NCBI GenBank assembly: GCA_003344405.1
Contig: NOWV01000020.1
Location: 1 to 64,000 of the forward strand
Direction of reading: 5' to 3'
From: Trichoplax sp. H2
Lineage: Eukaryota
DNA: 64,000 nucleotides
Translations under genes and position numbers: made by a program
Notes under the pieces: model-generated
What the model was told of the DNA's origin: nothing
Databases searched by the model: none
What the model saw: only the letters and a program-made list of their open reading frames with translations
Shown: positions 25,734 through 39,824 of the stretch, piece after piece
Layout: every line of letters begins with the position of its first letter
Position numbering within the stretch: the stretch's first letter is position 1

Positions 25734-28700
25734 CTCTTCTATGGCATTCATATTGTATATTAATAAATTATCTACGCTTTCACATTTTTACACTAAGCTT
25801 ACTAACCGACTCCATCTAAAAATTAGAACTTAGATACTAGTCTTTGTAACAAGCCATAGGGATATTTTACGTTAGTGCCTTATAGTAACTCGTCAATTTT
25901 CCAAATGTACGGTACTTAATCCCTTAGGATACTTATTTTAAAGTTCAAAGGTTACACTTTGCCTAAACATTGATGTTATTAGATACGTGATTATTCATGC
26001 GCAATATACTATGCATATATATAATTCATGTATACTCTTATTCAAGATTAATTAATTATCTAAATAATTGATTGATGAATCCAAAAATAAACTGTTGAAA
26101 AAAGTATCCATTAACAAAACAATAACCCTTCAAGAACAACTTTCTTATCACGAAGCGAATTTACAACTCGAAATATGCACAGGCAGCAGTTATTAATGCG
26201 CCAGTAGCCCAATAATACTATCTGCTATTATATTAACGTATGAACGGAGCAATTAAATCTTAGGTTGCCTTGATTAATTGACCGTATGTTAACATCACCT
26301 TGATTAAAAATAAAAATTAGAAAAAGATTAAGTCTTACTGTAGGTTTTGGTCGATATATTTAATGTGCGAGAAAATCGTTATTTTTAAAATATTAACTTA
26401 CAATAAATCAAAAAAATGTACAAATTGATATGTAAGCCTTCAATGCATCATATTAGTCATAAAATGATATCATACATCGAATTTTAGAGATAAACTAAGC
26501 CTTAATCGATTCAATCAGTCATCGAATTTGTGATCAAGTGAGTATCTAATAAGAGACAAATCTAATTTTTTTGCTAGAACTTACTTAAATCAATTTATCG
26601 GAAACTTTCTAAATTTTGCTTACAATTAATCGTTGAGAAGACAAATCTTATCTTTAAATGCGTACAATATAACGAGTTTAACCCCTTTTCTATAAGTTTG
26701 CCATAGTATCTTAATTATAATTAATAGTTGAATTAAATTACAATATTACTACTAAACAGCGTACAATCGTTTTCATGATGGCAGGATAGGTTTTAACTTT
26801 GCAATTTCTAGTCGATAAACAAAACACATTGTATAGTGTGTATGTACAAGGTCATTTGCTCTAAAAAAATTAAACTTGTTGTTTGTGGCTTCTCCTACAA
26901 GTCTTAGTAAGAATTTTTAAAAGCAGGAACAATACTTATTTTCGACGGTGCACTTTGGACATAGTCTGGTTTACAAGTGCTCAATAATATAAGATAAAGT
27001 GTGATGATGAACATTTCCAGTTACTAGATCGTTTGTAAACAAATATCATCTGATATAAATTTTACTAATAAATGATTCAGACATTATCACTTTGAAATTT
27101 CTGATTACCGGTACTGTATCTTTTTTTGTGCTTTACATGAAATAAAGTATACGAAGAATCCTTGGTAACCTCATAATAACAAAATTAACTGACCTAGAAA
27201 AACATTTAATATCAATATGATCATATATAGGAGTCTTTGCCATGAAAATATTATTAGCTTAAGAATATTGCATGAGATTAACTTGACAACAACTATTAAA
27301 TGTTTTTAAGGATGTTTACTACAATTTGACGCCTGTCATTAAATAGAAACTGACAACTGAGTAACAAGCAACATCCAATGTGATATATAAGTAAGACAAA
27401 TAAACATGTAACGATCAAGCTTAGTAATGTTTCAGTAACTGCGATACATTTGATCTCTACTTTATTCATCACTAAGAATAACATAGCTGAAGTAAATAAA
27501 TTTATAGCAATTAAAAGGGTTAAATTGATTTTCCTTAAAAACTTCTGGCCACTTCTTATGTCATCGCTGGCTATAATTATTAAAAGTGGCCCAATTTATA
27601 ACTCATACTGAAATAACTTGTAGATGTATCCGTTAATTATTCTATATAAGGATAAATTAACAATACTCATAAGAAACATATCATATCCAGCACGGTAACT
27701 AAATTACAGTCAAAGCATAAAAATATTTACTAGATAATTAATTAATTGTTGATTTTGCTATAATATTGATCCGGTACCATAATTAAATGTTTATGCCATT
27801 CGAAGATAATTTAGTTTAATACCGTTAAGCCACTACTGTAAGAAAATTCCGTCAAATTTACTCATGGATCCATCTATTTAATTTATTGTACCTTGATATC
27901 GTCTAGTATCTGCGAAGTATCTTGTAAAATTATGTAGGCAATAAGACTTCTCAAAAGTATTTTTATAATTATTTAGAAACTATACTTGTTATTTTATTTC
28001 CTTATCGCTACTACGCATTCCAACAAGAACTTTCACGTCCATAATCTTTCTATAGCTTTATCTTGAAAATTCTCACGTAACTATATCTAACAAAGAAAAA
28101 AGGCTCTTTATGATAATGAGTAGAAATTTCAGATGATATATTAGTTATTTATCATTATTTACTCTGCCGATCATTATGTTGTCTTTGAAATTGTAGTAAA
28201 ATATGCTAAGCAAGCAATTCTTTAAATTATGATGTACAGTAGTCATTCTAGTCAGCAGCTAGATCAAATCTTTGCATAAATTCAGAAAAAAATACGCAAA
28301 AATAGCAGACCTAGCTATATAATTATCAACAGTTAAGTAAAGCGCATAGACATAATGAATCCAGTAAGCTAAAGATAATAAAGTTTTGGGTCAATTTACG
28401 AGTTTGAAATAATATTTACTGCCGGTTTATTCGCTTCAAATTCCGATTTAGAATAATAATGTCAATAATTAAATTTTTATGTCTTTTCCAGAACACTATT
28501 GCAGTTATATTCGACCGCGTAAAGTAGTTAACAATTATGTTAAAAACTAAAGCAGCTAAGTCAAATTATAAAGACAACCATTTCTTATCTCAATTTCAAT
28601 TGCCTTTGATCCGTACAATACATATTAATATTTTAACTTTATCAGTAGTTACTTCAAACAGCGCATCAATAATTATATAATTAGTATGAGTTACAATTAT

Positions 28701-31557
28701 TTTCAATACAACTAATATGCAAGACATGCATCTTTATTATGAGTAGAATACGTTAGTAATAAAAAATATAGCATAATATTATGACACGACCACCAAATAA
28801 ATTTACAAATTTCATTTCACGTAATCAATTTCAAAAGCGAAAGTCATTAGTTCAGAGGCAAAAAGGACTTCATTTATCTGATAATATTTTTATGATAATT
28901 TTATATCGCAAATTGGTGCATTTCCTGTATTAATCAAATGATTATCGAATGTAAGAACAAGAAAGTATTGTTAAGAAATGGAATTTAAGAAGCAGCTAGG
29001 ATTCATTTCCCAAAACACCCATTTTAGCTCTAGCTGTAACAGCTAGAATGCTAATTTAATATTAGTAAATAATTTAATTAACAATATTGATAAAAAAAAA
29101 GCATGACTTGAGAAGTAAATCCTCAAATGTAATGCCTATTTATAATTTAAAGAAACTTTAAAAGATACGATTTTTAAACCATGCCACATTTGTTTACCGT
29201 GTATTAGGAAAAAGGAATCCTATATTTATTTGATATCTAATAATGAGAAAGACTCAACTTATAGAATATATAACGCTATTTTCTTATTTATTGTATTAGA
29301 TCAAAGTTTCATTGCAGAATATTACGAAATAGAAAAGAATAATTCTGTAATTGGTTCTCTCAGTTATATATATATCAAATACGAATAAAGTTTACTATGG
29401 CTTATTCATAAGCCATTCCAAATGAACAATAATGTTGTCTTACCACTAAATTCCATTTAATTACTTTCATAGTATAAGGTAATACTAATAGAAACACGTT
29501 TTTATTAAAATCTTGGACATTTTGTAAACATTAAAATCGGTAGCAATTCGAGATCTCTCAGCTTTGAAGTGCCTAAAGTCTAATAAGTTTTACAAATTAA
29601 TAATGTATTCTATAGATGTGGACTGAAGCAAAATAGGTTGAAAATATGCATGTGCAGTTGATGGCATCTATTTCTGAACAACAAAACGATTCTCAACATA
29701 ATCAATTACAGTACGCGTTATAAATCAACCTGATAATTCTGTAATATTTTAATTTCTGATATTAATTGACGAGTCAAAGGATCAAGTATTTATCATAAAA
29801 TCAGCTCGAATAAATAGGAAACTAGCAAAACTAACAGAATATTAATATCAGTTGTTATCCTTCACGTACATTGAAATAAAATATAACTCATACATTATTT
29901 ATGATTTATATTGTCCTTTTCCGTGAAAAAAAGATGATTCTTCGACAAAATTCAATTACACTGTTCGTAACACTATTCTAATGACCACTATAATAGTCAA
30001 TAAAGGTATAAATTAATGATAATGTATTCATATAGGCAGAGCTTTTAATTTGTAGCGATCTGTTCGTAGTACAAAGCGTGAAATTGTGCCATTCAAGCAG
30101 ATTTGCATTCGGTTCTTAAGATTCCATTATTTCAAGTAAAATGCTTACCGTGCTGATTTCATCATCATTTTACTGTACAATATCATGTTACTAGGCCTTT
30201 AACAATACATCAGACAACGTATATAACATTGGTATCAAGGTAATGGATATTAAGTTTTTCTCCTAGCACCATTTATAACAATTTAGATAATAATTAAATA
30301 ATTTCTTTAGATAAAATGGGTACATTATATAATCCTACTTCGCTTAACAATATTATATCCGTAAAATATTTTATTCCATTGTATACTTTCATTTATAGTT
30401 ATAATATCATTCATTTAGATAGAATCAATACGTAGCCAACGCATTACGATTTTTACTTCAATATTACAAATATCTTATCACATTAGTTTGATAATCAATA
30501 ACAAAGCTACTCCAATTATAATAGCATAAATAATTCGATCAGCATATTGAAGAATGCTCAAGATATTTGATTTCCTGTCATCTTTTCCATTCTATGGTGT
30601 AATTTGTATTTTAAAATTAATATAATTAAAAATTTTCCACTACCAATAGCAAACTAAGACTAAATTAACTGACGTCAAAATCTCCCACTACTAATATTAA
30701 ATTACTAATAGTTCACAAAATATAAAAGACTCTTTTTCGTTTACTGGCAGATGTTTATAAATGTTAGTCGGACCCATAAACCACTGATACAACTGTAGAA
30801 AATTTTAATTCATTATCAGATATCTTAGCTATACGCGTCTATTTAGTGAGCGCATTAGTCTACGGCTGACTAATTAGTAATTAATTCATATTCGCAAAGG
30901 ATAATTTAACAACACTGGATATCGGTATCTATCTTTCATTACCTAAAGCTAGAAAATTCTTAATTGTCAGTTTCATTTACCTAAAATTCCAGTCTACGTT
31001 AAATTTTCAAACCATTTTGATGTTACAATTTTTAATTTTCTAACGAATAAATTACTGGGCCCTTCTACCCAAAATTACTTCCAGGTCAGCAAATCAATAT
31101 ATTATTTGATCCAAAAGGAATCGGTATAATATAGTAATTATTTTTTTAAGGCGTTTTGAAATTATTTCATTTTAAAATAAAATAATATCTGACGATATTT
31201 GTAGATTTCTTGTCGGCTTCTCAATTAGCCTCGGCGTTGGTATATTCTCAGTTATTTTGTCTTAAAATTGTCTGCAGGTAAAGTAAATTTTTATCAACAA
31301 TCATCTTTAAACTAAATTGAGTATTACTATGTCATCATTCTGTTGAAATAAATAATCTTGCTAGGATAACGAATTGTTAATTCTTTTTCTATATCATTTT
31401 TTATGCTCTGTTACCGTTCTTTCACCAGGAGTATTCTTCATAGCACAAGTGATCTTTATATCAGTTTGATTTATAGTCATCTCAGGATATTCTTACAAGA
31501 CTAGCTAAGACAATTATCAATTTCGTCGAACTAATCTTCCAGTATATAGTGATCATC

Positions 31558-32688
31558 ATGTCTACCAACAACACAACTACTGATTTACCATGGTATCGAG
31601 CTTATACTTTGCACAGCTATATCACTATGGGCATTATTGGAAGTTTATCCGTTATCACTAATTGTATTATGACCTTATTAATCGCCTATCACAAAAAACT
31701 AAGGACTAGAACTAATATCATCATACTTAGTATGTCATTATCCAATATTGGACTTGCCATATTATTTATCTATCCACAATACGTTGTTCCATATTGGCCA
31801 GAACGATTAGGACCTTATTGCAATGTCCTTGAACAAATAGGTTCCTTATTTATTGCCAGTACAAGTTTTCATCACTGTGCAGTATCTATCGACCGTGCAT
31901 TTGCCATTAATTTTCCCATAAAATATGGCTTATATTCTAAACGTCTTCATACGACAATCCTGTTGTGTTCCGTTTGGTTGTGCGCATTGCTTTTAGGATT
32001 TATGCCTATATTCATATTACGACGAATTACTGACAATGCTTGCATTAACCCGAAATATGTCAGTTTAATCGATCTATACCTTTATTATAGAGTATTTTGG
32101 GGTATAGTCCTTTTCTGCCCGGTATTAATTACCATTGCATGCTATACTGACATTTTATATAACATCAATTCACCTATCCGAAGACAAGTTTACTTCTGTA
32201 ATTCAAGGATATCCAAGACTAAACTAATGCAAAATTTGAAGACAACATTACAGATGGCCATTATGATAGGTGCCTTCATTGTAACTTGGTCTCCCTTCAT
32301 CATCATGCATTTTTACATTAGCTTTAATAAATCTCAAGATATAACGAGAGACTTATTGATACTTGAAATTTTACGATTTGTTGCTTTTAGTTATATAATA
32401 TTCTGCCCGATTCTACATGGTCACTACCTTAGAATGATACGAGAGACATGGTTAAGAGTAATTCGCTGTCGTCAGAATAAAATTGAAGGTGGTCATACCA
32501 GCAGCTTTGCACAAAGCCAAAGTGGTATAGTAACTTATAGTCTACGTTCAACTAGATCAGACGCTAGAATATATGCTGGTCTTAAGGCTAAATCTGACTC
32601 TCAAAAAGATCCAAAGTTCGGTTCCATCTCCAGCACAAACTTACTTAATAAATCAGATTCAAAACAAGAAGATAAGCCAGTAGATTAA
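31558..32688 (+). CDS. Orphan class A (rhodopsin-like) GPCR, 376 aa from the first ATG, single coding exon
   Basis: 7 TM segments. NNT/NTT sequons. C3.25 and an ECL2 Cys. TM3 SIDRAFAINFPIKY, TM5 FCP...CY, TM6 FIVTWSPF, TM7 FCPILH. Ser-rich C-tail. The ORF-track start at 31549 is a GTG; the ATG is at 31558. AATAAA at 32738. Confidence 0.95.
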   Translation: MSTNNTTTDLPWYRAYTLHSYITMGIIGSLSVITNCIMTLLIAYHKKLRTRTNIIILSMSLSNIGLAILFIYPQYVVPYWPERLGPYCNVLEQIGSLFIASTSFHHCAVSIDRAFAINFPIKYGLYSKRLHTTILLCSVWLCALLLGFMPIFILRRITDNACINPKYVSLIDLYLYYRVFWGIVLFCPVLITIACYTDILYNINSPIRRQVYFCNSRISKTKLMQNLKTTLQMAIMIGAFIVTWSPFIIMHFYISFNKSQDITRDLLILEILRFVAFSYIIFCPILHGHYLRMIRETWLRVIRCRQNKIEGGHTSSFAQSQSGIVTYSLRSTRSDARIYAGLKAKSDSQKDPKFGSISSTNLLNKSDSKQEDKPVD

Positions 32689-35213
32689 TCAGATACCAGA
32701 AAGCAAGATATCATTATTTCTATCATATACATTAAAGAATAAATTTCATTCGATGGGCTCAATGAACTCTGAAACTATTCTCTAACCAAATATCTTCCTG
32801 TAAAATATCTCTAAAAAAGCTAGAAAACGATTAGAACTACTTTTAACGGATCAAATATGATCTGACAAAACGTTTCCAGTTAACGTAAACTTTTCCCAAA
32901 AAATAGATTTTAGATGGTAAATGTAGAATTAGATAAAATTTTTACGGATTATCATTCTATTATTATCATCTGATCCATTAGGAGAACCTTCAAATATTAA
33001 CATTGATGTATTCTTTCTAATTTAATATATATTAATATTTTTAGTTGCAGAACTACTCTTCATCTATAATCGATTTTTAACAAATATACCCGTCGCTATA
33101 ACATCCTCTGTATGCAACTGAAATCAACTCGAGCTGTTTAGAAAAATGAAAAACAACTTCTCTTGAACTGTGCATAAAACTTTCTATGTGAAACAGTTTA
33201 TTGCGACATGTGTAACCAAGTTATATATACTATCGTAGTATAGCATAATATCTAAATCTAAAGAAAAATAGGTCAGAACATCAATTGATACGTAAACGTA
33301 AAAAACATACTTTAATGATTGGAATGAAAATGACATTAAGTTGCTTTGTGATTGGATTTCCTATTTTCTCCTTTTAATTTATGACTGAGGATACTACTGC
33401 TATGCGTATTTAATATAAATTAATTAAATTTAATTCTATTTTAGTTCTATTAATACGGTATAAACTACGCCTGCCACTATGAATATCATGGTATTCTGTG
33501 GTTATTTAACTATTGGCTAGTAAACCTAAAATATCCTTCTTCTAAGACTTAACATCGCCTATTGATACTATCATAACTACTATTATGTAATAACCTTATA
33601 AATCCATCGATTATATGTATTGATGTACTCATCATACAATTATTGTAGTTTGCTTGCCTACTTGAACACAATTTAGAACTTAAATATTAGTCAATATCAC
33701 CTTTTCAGCAGTAAGCACGAAGTTATCAGTTAATAACGCTTATACAATCAGAAGTTCGCGGCATAATATTAATTGCTTGAGTTTTTACCGAGCTGTACCC
33801 AAATTCTAGCTAAATATTATACGTAATAATAATATTATAATATAATGATTTCACTAGCACATTTGAACACAGTCTATAAGCTGTCAGTTCCTGTGCTCAG
33901 TACTTGATATAAGAGCAAATACCGTACTTCACCGTTTTATCATCGGCCACGGCCCACTAACATGCTTTATTTTATGCAAAATATTGCAAATGTAAATCAT
34001 TATAAGACACTAAAGAAATAGCCCAATTTTACATATTTTAATTTTAACACACAAAATTATTCGAAGAGTTAAAAGCTATTATTTGCATCTCTAAATTCCC
34101 AATTGTACTTATACATTCAAAAATATTGATATTTAGAGTATGCATACGCTAAAGTCACAATTCATAGTGTATACTAATTGTAATAAGTGTGAACGTTGTC
34201 CATTATCTAAAATTAATGACCAAACAAATGTTGTAATAATAATTTCTTCGACATAATTTGCATTGAACTGAAACTGTATACCTCGACACCAAATGTTAAC
34301 AATTTATCTTATAATCTATATAAAAATATTCAAAATATAAACAAGTACAATACATGCTCAAATAACCAAAACAATTAATGAACGTCCTAGATCAAAATCT
34401 ATAGCAAAAAGAATGAACTAGGCCGATAATGATCTTGCAAAGTTTGTTATATAATTTAATTATACTAGGCGATGTAGTCTAATTTATTAATCTACTTGAT
34501 CTGAATGTCTTAAATCAGGCTGACAAAGAATTTACCGTAGTAGAAATACTGATAAACATAACGAAATAGCTTTAAATAATCATCCAATATGTACAATAAA
34601 GCTATTGTTGAACATTATTTGTCGTATTTATCATGATCTGACTGGATATTAATAAATGAAATAAAGAGAATTACACTTATTTTAATGGATCTTTTCCATT
34701 TAGTGATAAAATTTAATTTTATTTTAATCTTTCAATCGAATCATTTTCAACCTAAATCATTTTATTGCATGCTCATTCTTAAATGGCAATTATCAATCGG
34801 GTTATGATTTTAATAATTAATAGTTTAGAAAACTACCGTAATTTTAAGTTTGCCAATTTTTATTGTATAATATCTACGACATCAACAACTATTGAGAGGA
34901 GAAAAACAAACTTTTAACATCTGTCAAGGTACCACATACTATAGATAAAATGGGAATAATAAAATCATGTAATCTAATTACCTTATTACTTTTCAGTAAT
35001 GAAGACTACACCTGTCTTTCCATTTGTTAATAGTATCATCATAGCCAACACTCATACTTACCAGTTTGATAGATGAATTTAGGAATCAAGTCAATAATAA
35101 TAACTCTATTTCACGAAATAATTTTACTTCTTCAATCATGTGAGCCGGCGCGTATCAATGAATGATATTACGCAATATCCTCGGACTATTTCTATGCTCC
35201 ATACGTAAACCTA

Positions 35214-35757
35214 TGTCACCAATCAAGAGATTCCAAATTTTAGAAAAATAAGGGCTTTATTGAATCTTATACAAAGATTAACTACACACAGCTCTACTCT
35301 AGCCGAATACTACTGCTAAAGATTTCTAGAACGAACTAACAGAATAATCTAAAGTTGCATGCTTTTATACTTTTCGTAGCATTCGCAGCTACAATCCGCA
35401 TGGCAACCTTTTACCTTATTTTACACATAGTAAATTATTCTTAGTAACACAATTCTACTGCGGACCATCATTAATCCAATATGGATACGACTACAGTACT
35501 TACGTAGACATTATTCACACTAGCCAAAGTACAACGAATTAACCATATCCTAATATATGATTTACAGTTCTATTTTTACCTATAACCTTATTAGTAACTC
35601 AGCACCTTACTGTATATAGTCATCTATACTCTAGCATAGAGTCTATACCACTACAGTCTATAGTTATAGCTACCAAATATCTCTTAGGATAAATATCTAC
35701 CGTACATTATACTAAACATGGCTAACAGTCTACAATCACAATACTAGTTACATTACA
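35214..35757 (-). mobile_element. Solo-LTR-like family B element (544 bp)
   Basis: Reverse complement of 857-1406. Termini TGTAATG...GGTGACA on the minus strand. Perfect TSD ACCTA (35209-13 / 35758-62). Confidence 0.88.
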
Positions 35758-36857
35758 ACCTACATATAAAATCTCCCTTTAGCGAGAATAGTTAAGATTA
35801 GGATACGCAAATAATATAAATAAAACTTTCTAATTGGCAGTAATCTAGCATGTAATTTTCTCAATTAGTGTTCAATAATTTTTTAGGGGACTCTTTTAAT
35901 TCTCACTAATACTATATATTTTGACAGATGTAATAGCTTAATTAATCTTCAATGAACTTTCGCTACATTTTACTGCTACTACACTTATGACATAAAAGCG
36001 AATACAGTATGTATGTATTAATTGCAGTTATCTTCTATTAGTAAAGCTACTCTAATGGTCTTCTGTAATTCTTTTCTACAAAAAAAATATACACTAAGTA
36101 TATGGCAAATAACTAAAGTAGCGCTAACATGATAGCGCCTTCAAAACGGAGTACACCATTTTCTTAAAATAAGCTCACAGTTAAATTTTTCCTAGACTCT
36201 ATAATGCTTTTTGTAAAATATGACTGAGATAATTAACTCATTTTAGCCAGATTACCTTATCTACCCAAATAATCTCTAACCACCGTAAACTGAATGATTT
36301 GACACGAGTAGAAAAGTATGCTGCAAAATGTGTCGTAAATAGATAACAGTATTTAGGCTTAGTTAAACAACACTACCGTTAAGTAAGCATTGATATTTAC
36401 CCGTATCATATCGCTTTTAAATTGTCCTGGCATACGGTCATGCAGTATCATCCAATGTAAAATTAAACAGCATTCACTGAGCATCGTTTATAAAGAACTA
36501 AAGTTTTTCTAACAAATGTAATTTACATCTAACGTCAAATTTATATACACACATATAGTATCACTAAGACCATGTTATCCTACGAGTTGCAATTCAGATA
36601 CAATGTAAATGAATTTTCGTTTATTTACTATAAAGGAGAACTATTTTCGTATTTTTTAATTAACACTACCTATACATTAGCTATCAAGGATCAATTTATA
36701 AACTACTTGATATATTATACTGGTCCAGTTAATTATAGCTGTCAAGTTTAGGAGCTATTTATAAATTGATAATCACAGACTAAATATTTTCTATAAAATG
36801 GAAATGAAAATGTTACAAATCGAAAATTGGAACCAGGTAGTAGATACTATTAGTACT

Positions 36858-37213
36858 TGTCACAAAACAGCTTTGCAACAAGATAACGTAATGTACGATC
36901 AATAAATCAATTCCTTGAACCACGTATCAAGGAACGATATCTGCACTATCACAAACACTATTGCTCTACTAGTAGACTACACAAAGACTTAAACGCCTCG
37001 TAATTTACGTTAACTCTAAGTCTACGAATCCACTTTATTACACGATATACTGCATTTATATACTATTCCTCAATAGTTCATGAGTCATAGTTAATACAAT
37101 TAACCTCGGAATTATTTTCTGAATTAGATATTAATTTTATCTACTGCTTCCTTAATGCAGACAACAGCATTTACGAACATAGACATCTTATGACTAATAC
37201 AGAATAGTTAGAC
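36858..37213 (-). mobile_element. Family A truncated copy
   Basis: Begins at the family terminus TGTCACAAAACAGC and matches 16507-~16862. The other end is missing. Confidence 0.85.
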
Positions 37214-38009
37214 TATAGTGTCAGAAATTATTACTCAGCAAATTTACAGTCAGGTTTGCTCTTCCAAAAAGTACATAAAGTACAATTCTATATAGTGACG
37301 ATCTCTCTACAGCCAGAAGGTTACAGTAAATTTTATATTGTCTGCCGCTGCTTAGTAAATAGTTCGGTAGCGAAATAGGTCAATACATTTTATAAACATT
37401 TTTTTGATAAACTCTTGATGCAGCGGATACTCAAGAAATTAGAACAATCCTCACAGTTTGTATGAATGTAATTGCTCTAATAATATTCATAACACATGAT
37501 CGATTAGGAATTTACAGTCTATTATACGAAATATTGTTTTACGTTCATAATTGGAAACATTGTGAATAATTAAATCATTCGAATTTTGCCTTAATTATTA
37601 GCTTTTTACACCAGTAGTGATTGATGAGCATGCTAATTTCATTTTTTTATATCATTCTCAGAGAAAGTTCCTCAGAGAAAAAGTTTATAAACACTAGCAT
37701 TACCGATACGTCTGAATGGCTTTGATAATTTTCATTTACCTTAAAGACGTGGTTCAAAACTATGTCTTATCTATGAGTATAGCCTTTTATGTAATCAGTA
37801 ATTTTACGAAATGTACGATTAGTAATCTACCGGTACTCATGCAAATCAAGCATGCATAGCGCGCTACTCTGGAATGACAGATGGAAATGTTACTCGATAT
37901 CCTAAAATTTCTTAATAATATAAATCAAAATCTAATGTGACAACTAAACGTAGATTTACGATTCCAACGTTGTTCTATTTATAGCAGATGTGACAACAAA
38001 TTACTGGTG

Positions 38010-38422
38010 TGTCACAAACCAGCTTCGTGACAAAGATAAAGTAAAACAAATCTCTAAATTATTATAGTCTCCGGGATTCAGTATCCCTTAACTACCTCAC
38101 AAGAATTTAGACGCCTTTGATTCTACGTTAAACTCAACTAGACAATTAAGTACTACTTTATTCTACTATCTGACGGGCTTAGATACCCTTTTACAGCAGC
38201 TAACATTCACGAGTCCATCTTATAAAAATACTTAGGTGAGAACTACAATATGTCCATTCACAGAATCATTTCAGTGCACATTACAGCACAGCATTAAATT
38301 TACTGTAACACATTTATAATTAGAGTAATTCCTATTGTAAGTAACTAGTGTAATATTTTATCACTATATTATATTAACCAAATTTAGATAGCTATTTCTT
38401 CACGGTAGTTCGTACCGTGACA
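38010..38422 (-). mobile_element. Solo-LTR-like element (413 bp), distant relative of family A
   Basis: Perfect 6-bp terminal IR TGTCAC...GTGACA. Perfect TSD TGGTG (38005-09 / 38423-27). Patches of family A similarity (TTAGACGCC...TACGTTAAACTC; TACAATATGTCC). Confidence 0.8.
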
Positions 38423-39824
38423 TGGTGCTAGCAGCAATAGTTGACTGACAGTAGGATTCTTTTATATCTTAAAACAACGAAAACTTTGCAAATATCCAAG
38501 ACGTAACGATGAAATCAAAGCATAAAATATTAAAGAAAATCATTAGTATTTATGATAGAAAGTGCTTTATTTAATCACTAACCAGTGTAAGCCCGACTAC
38601 ACCAGGCTTTTCTACTTAAAACGAGCAAGTCTATTACTTCACACAAAAACATCTATATGGCATTTATATATACACAATCCGAATAGCCGAGTATTATCGC
38701 CAAAATTTTAAACTGTTCACCATAGAGTTTAGCAGTTTAGAGGTTGAAACTTTTTATCAAAGTTCTTTCGCCTTTTTAAAGTCGACGAGGACCATTTACG
38801 CTTAATGCTAATTCAGAAGATATGCATAGTTTCCCCCTCTCACTCTCTGTTTGGCCGTAATGCTATTACAAAATAATCGGCTTCCACTCATGTATACGCG
38901 TACGTATAGATAACTAATATTGCTGATATCCAGCTTAAATACGGTATATGAAAGCATACACTCCTGGCTAGTATTCGTATTACACGGCAAAACTGTAAAT
39001 TTTTCAGTGCATTGCCGCTATCTACAAGACCTATAACTTGGAAATAAGGCCTAGAATAAATTCGAAATACTGATTAATACTCAATTTCGCGCTACTAGTT
39101 AGGCTATTGGAAATATAAAAACACTTCACTTGGAATACCCGTATTTATAGATCGTAATCCAGCTACAGGATACTCAATCTCTATAAACTTGAATGGAAGT
39201 CCTCGCTATTGGAAAGCCTGCTCCATTCTGGACGTCTAAATTTTATATTTGAGAAGCGTTACTTAACCTGTGCAGGTAAACAGATAAAAAAAATAAATTG
39301 TATTGCAAATAGATCAATTCCCAATTTACTCCACGTACCATGTTAGACATACAAGATAAAAGGATAACCTGCACACTGTAATAGAACAAATTGAAAGATT
39401 TCGATATGCTACGTCATTCCATTTTTTAATTTATTCTACCAAGAATGACAATGCATGTGCGGTGCCTACTGTGATAAAATAAATATTATCCAAAAATGAT
39501 GTATGAAATTGCACGTCTCCTAACTTGATGTTATTATAAATCAGATTAGCAAAGTATTGACGCGCAATCTTGACATATTGATGCAGAACGAATAAGCATC
39601 ATGCAGTAAACTAATTCATCTGCTATTCACCGTTTGACCCATGCAATGTTGATAAAGGTAGAGTAATTCGATGTAATTTACCAATTGTGACAGAATTAAT
39701 ATAATTTAACGATATATTGAATTATTGCCCTACCAGTTTACTACAGTCAGAATATTAATGATAAGCTATGTGCAATTAGTAATTACCAACTGTATCAAAA
39801 TGTACGTTATGTATCATTACTGAA

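Noticed and set aside
38423..38435. TGGTGCTAG after an LTR-like end as a possible primer-binding site
   Set aside because: TGGTG is the target-site duplication (also at 38005-38009), and no internal domain follows.
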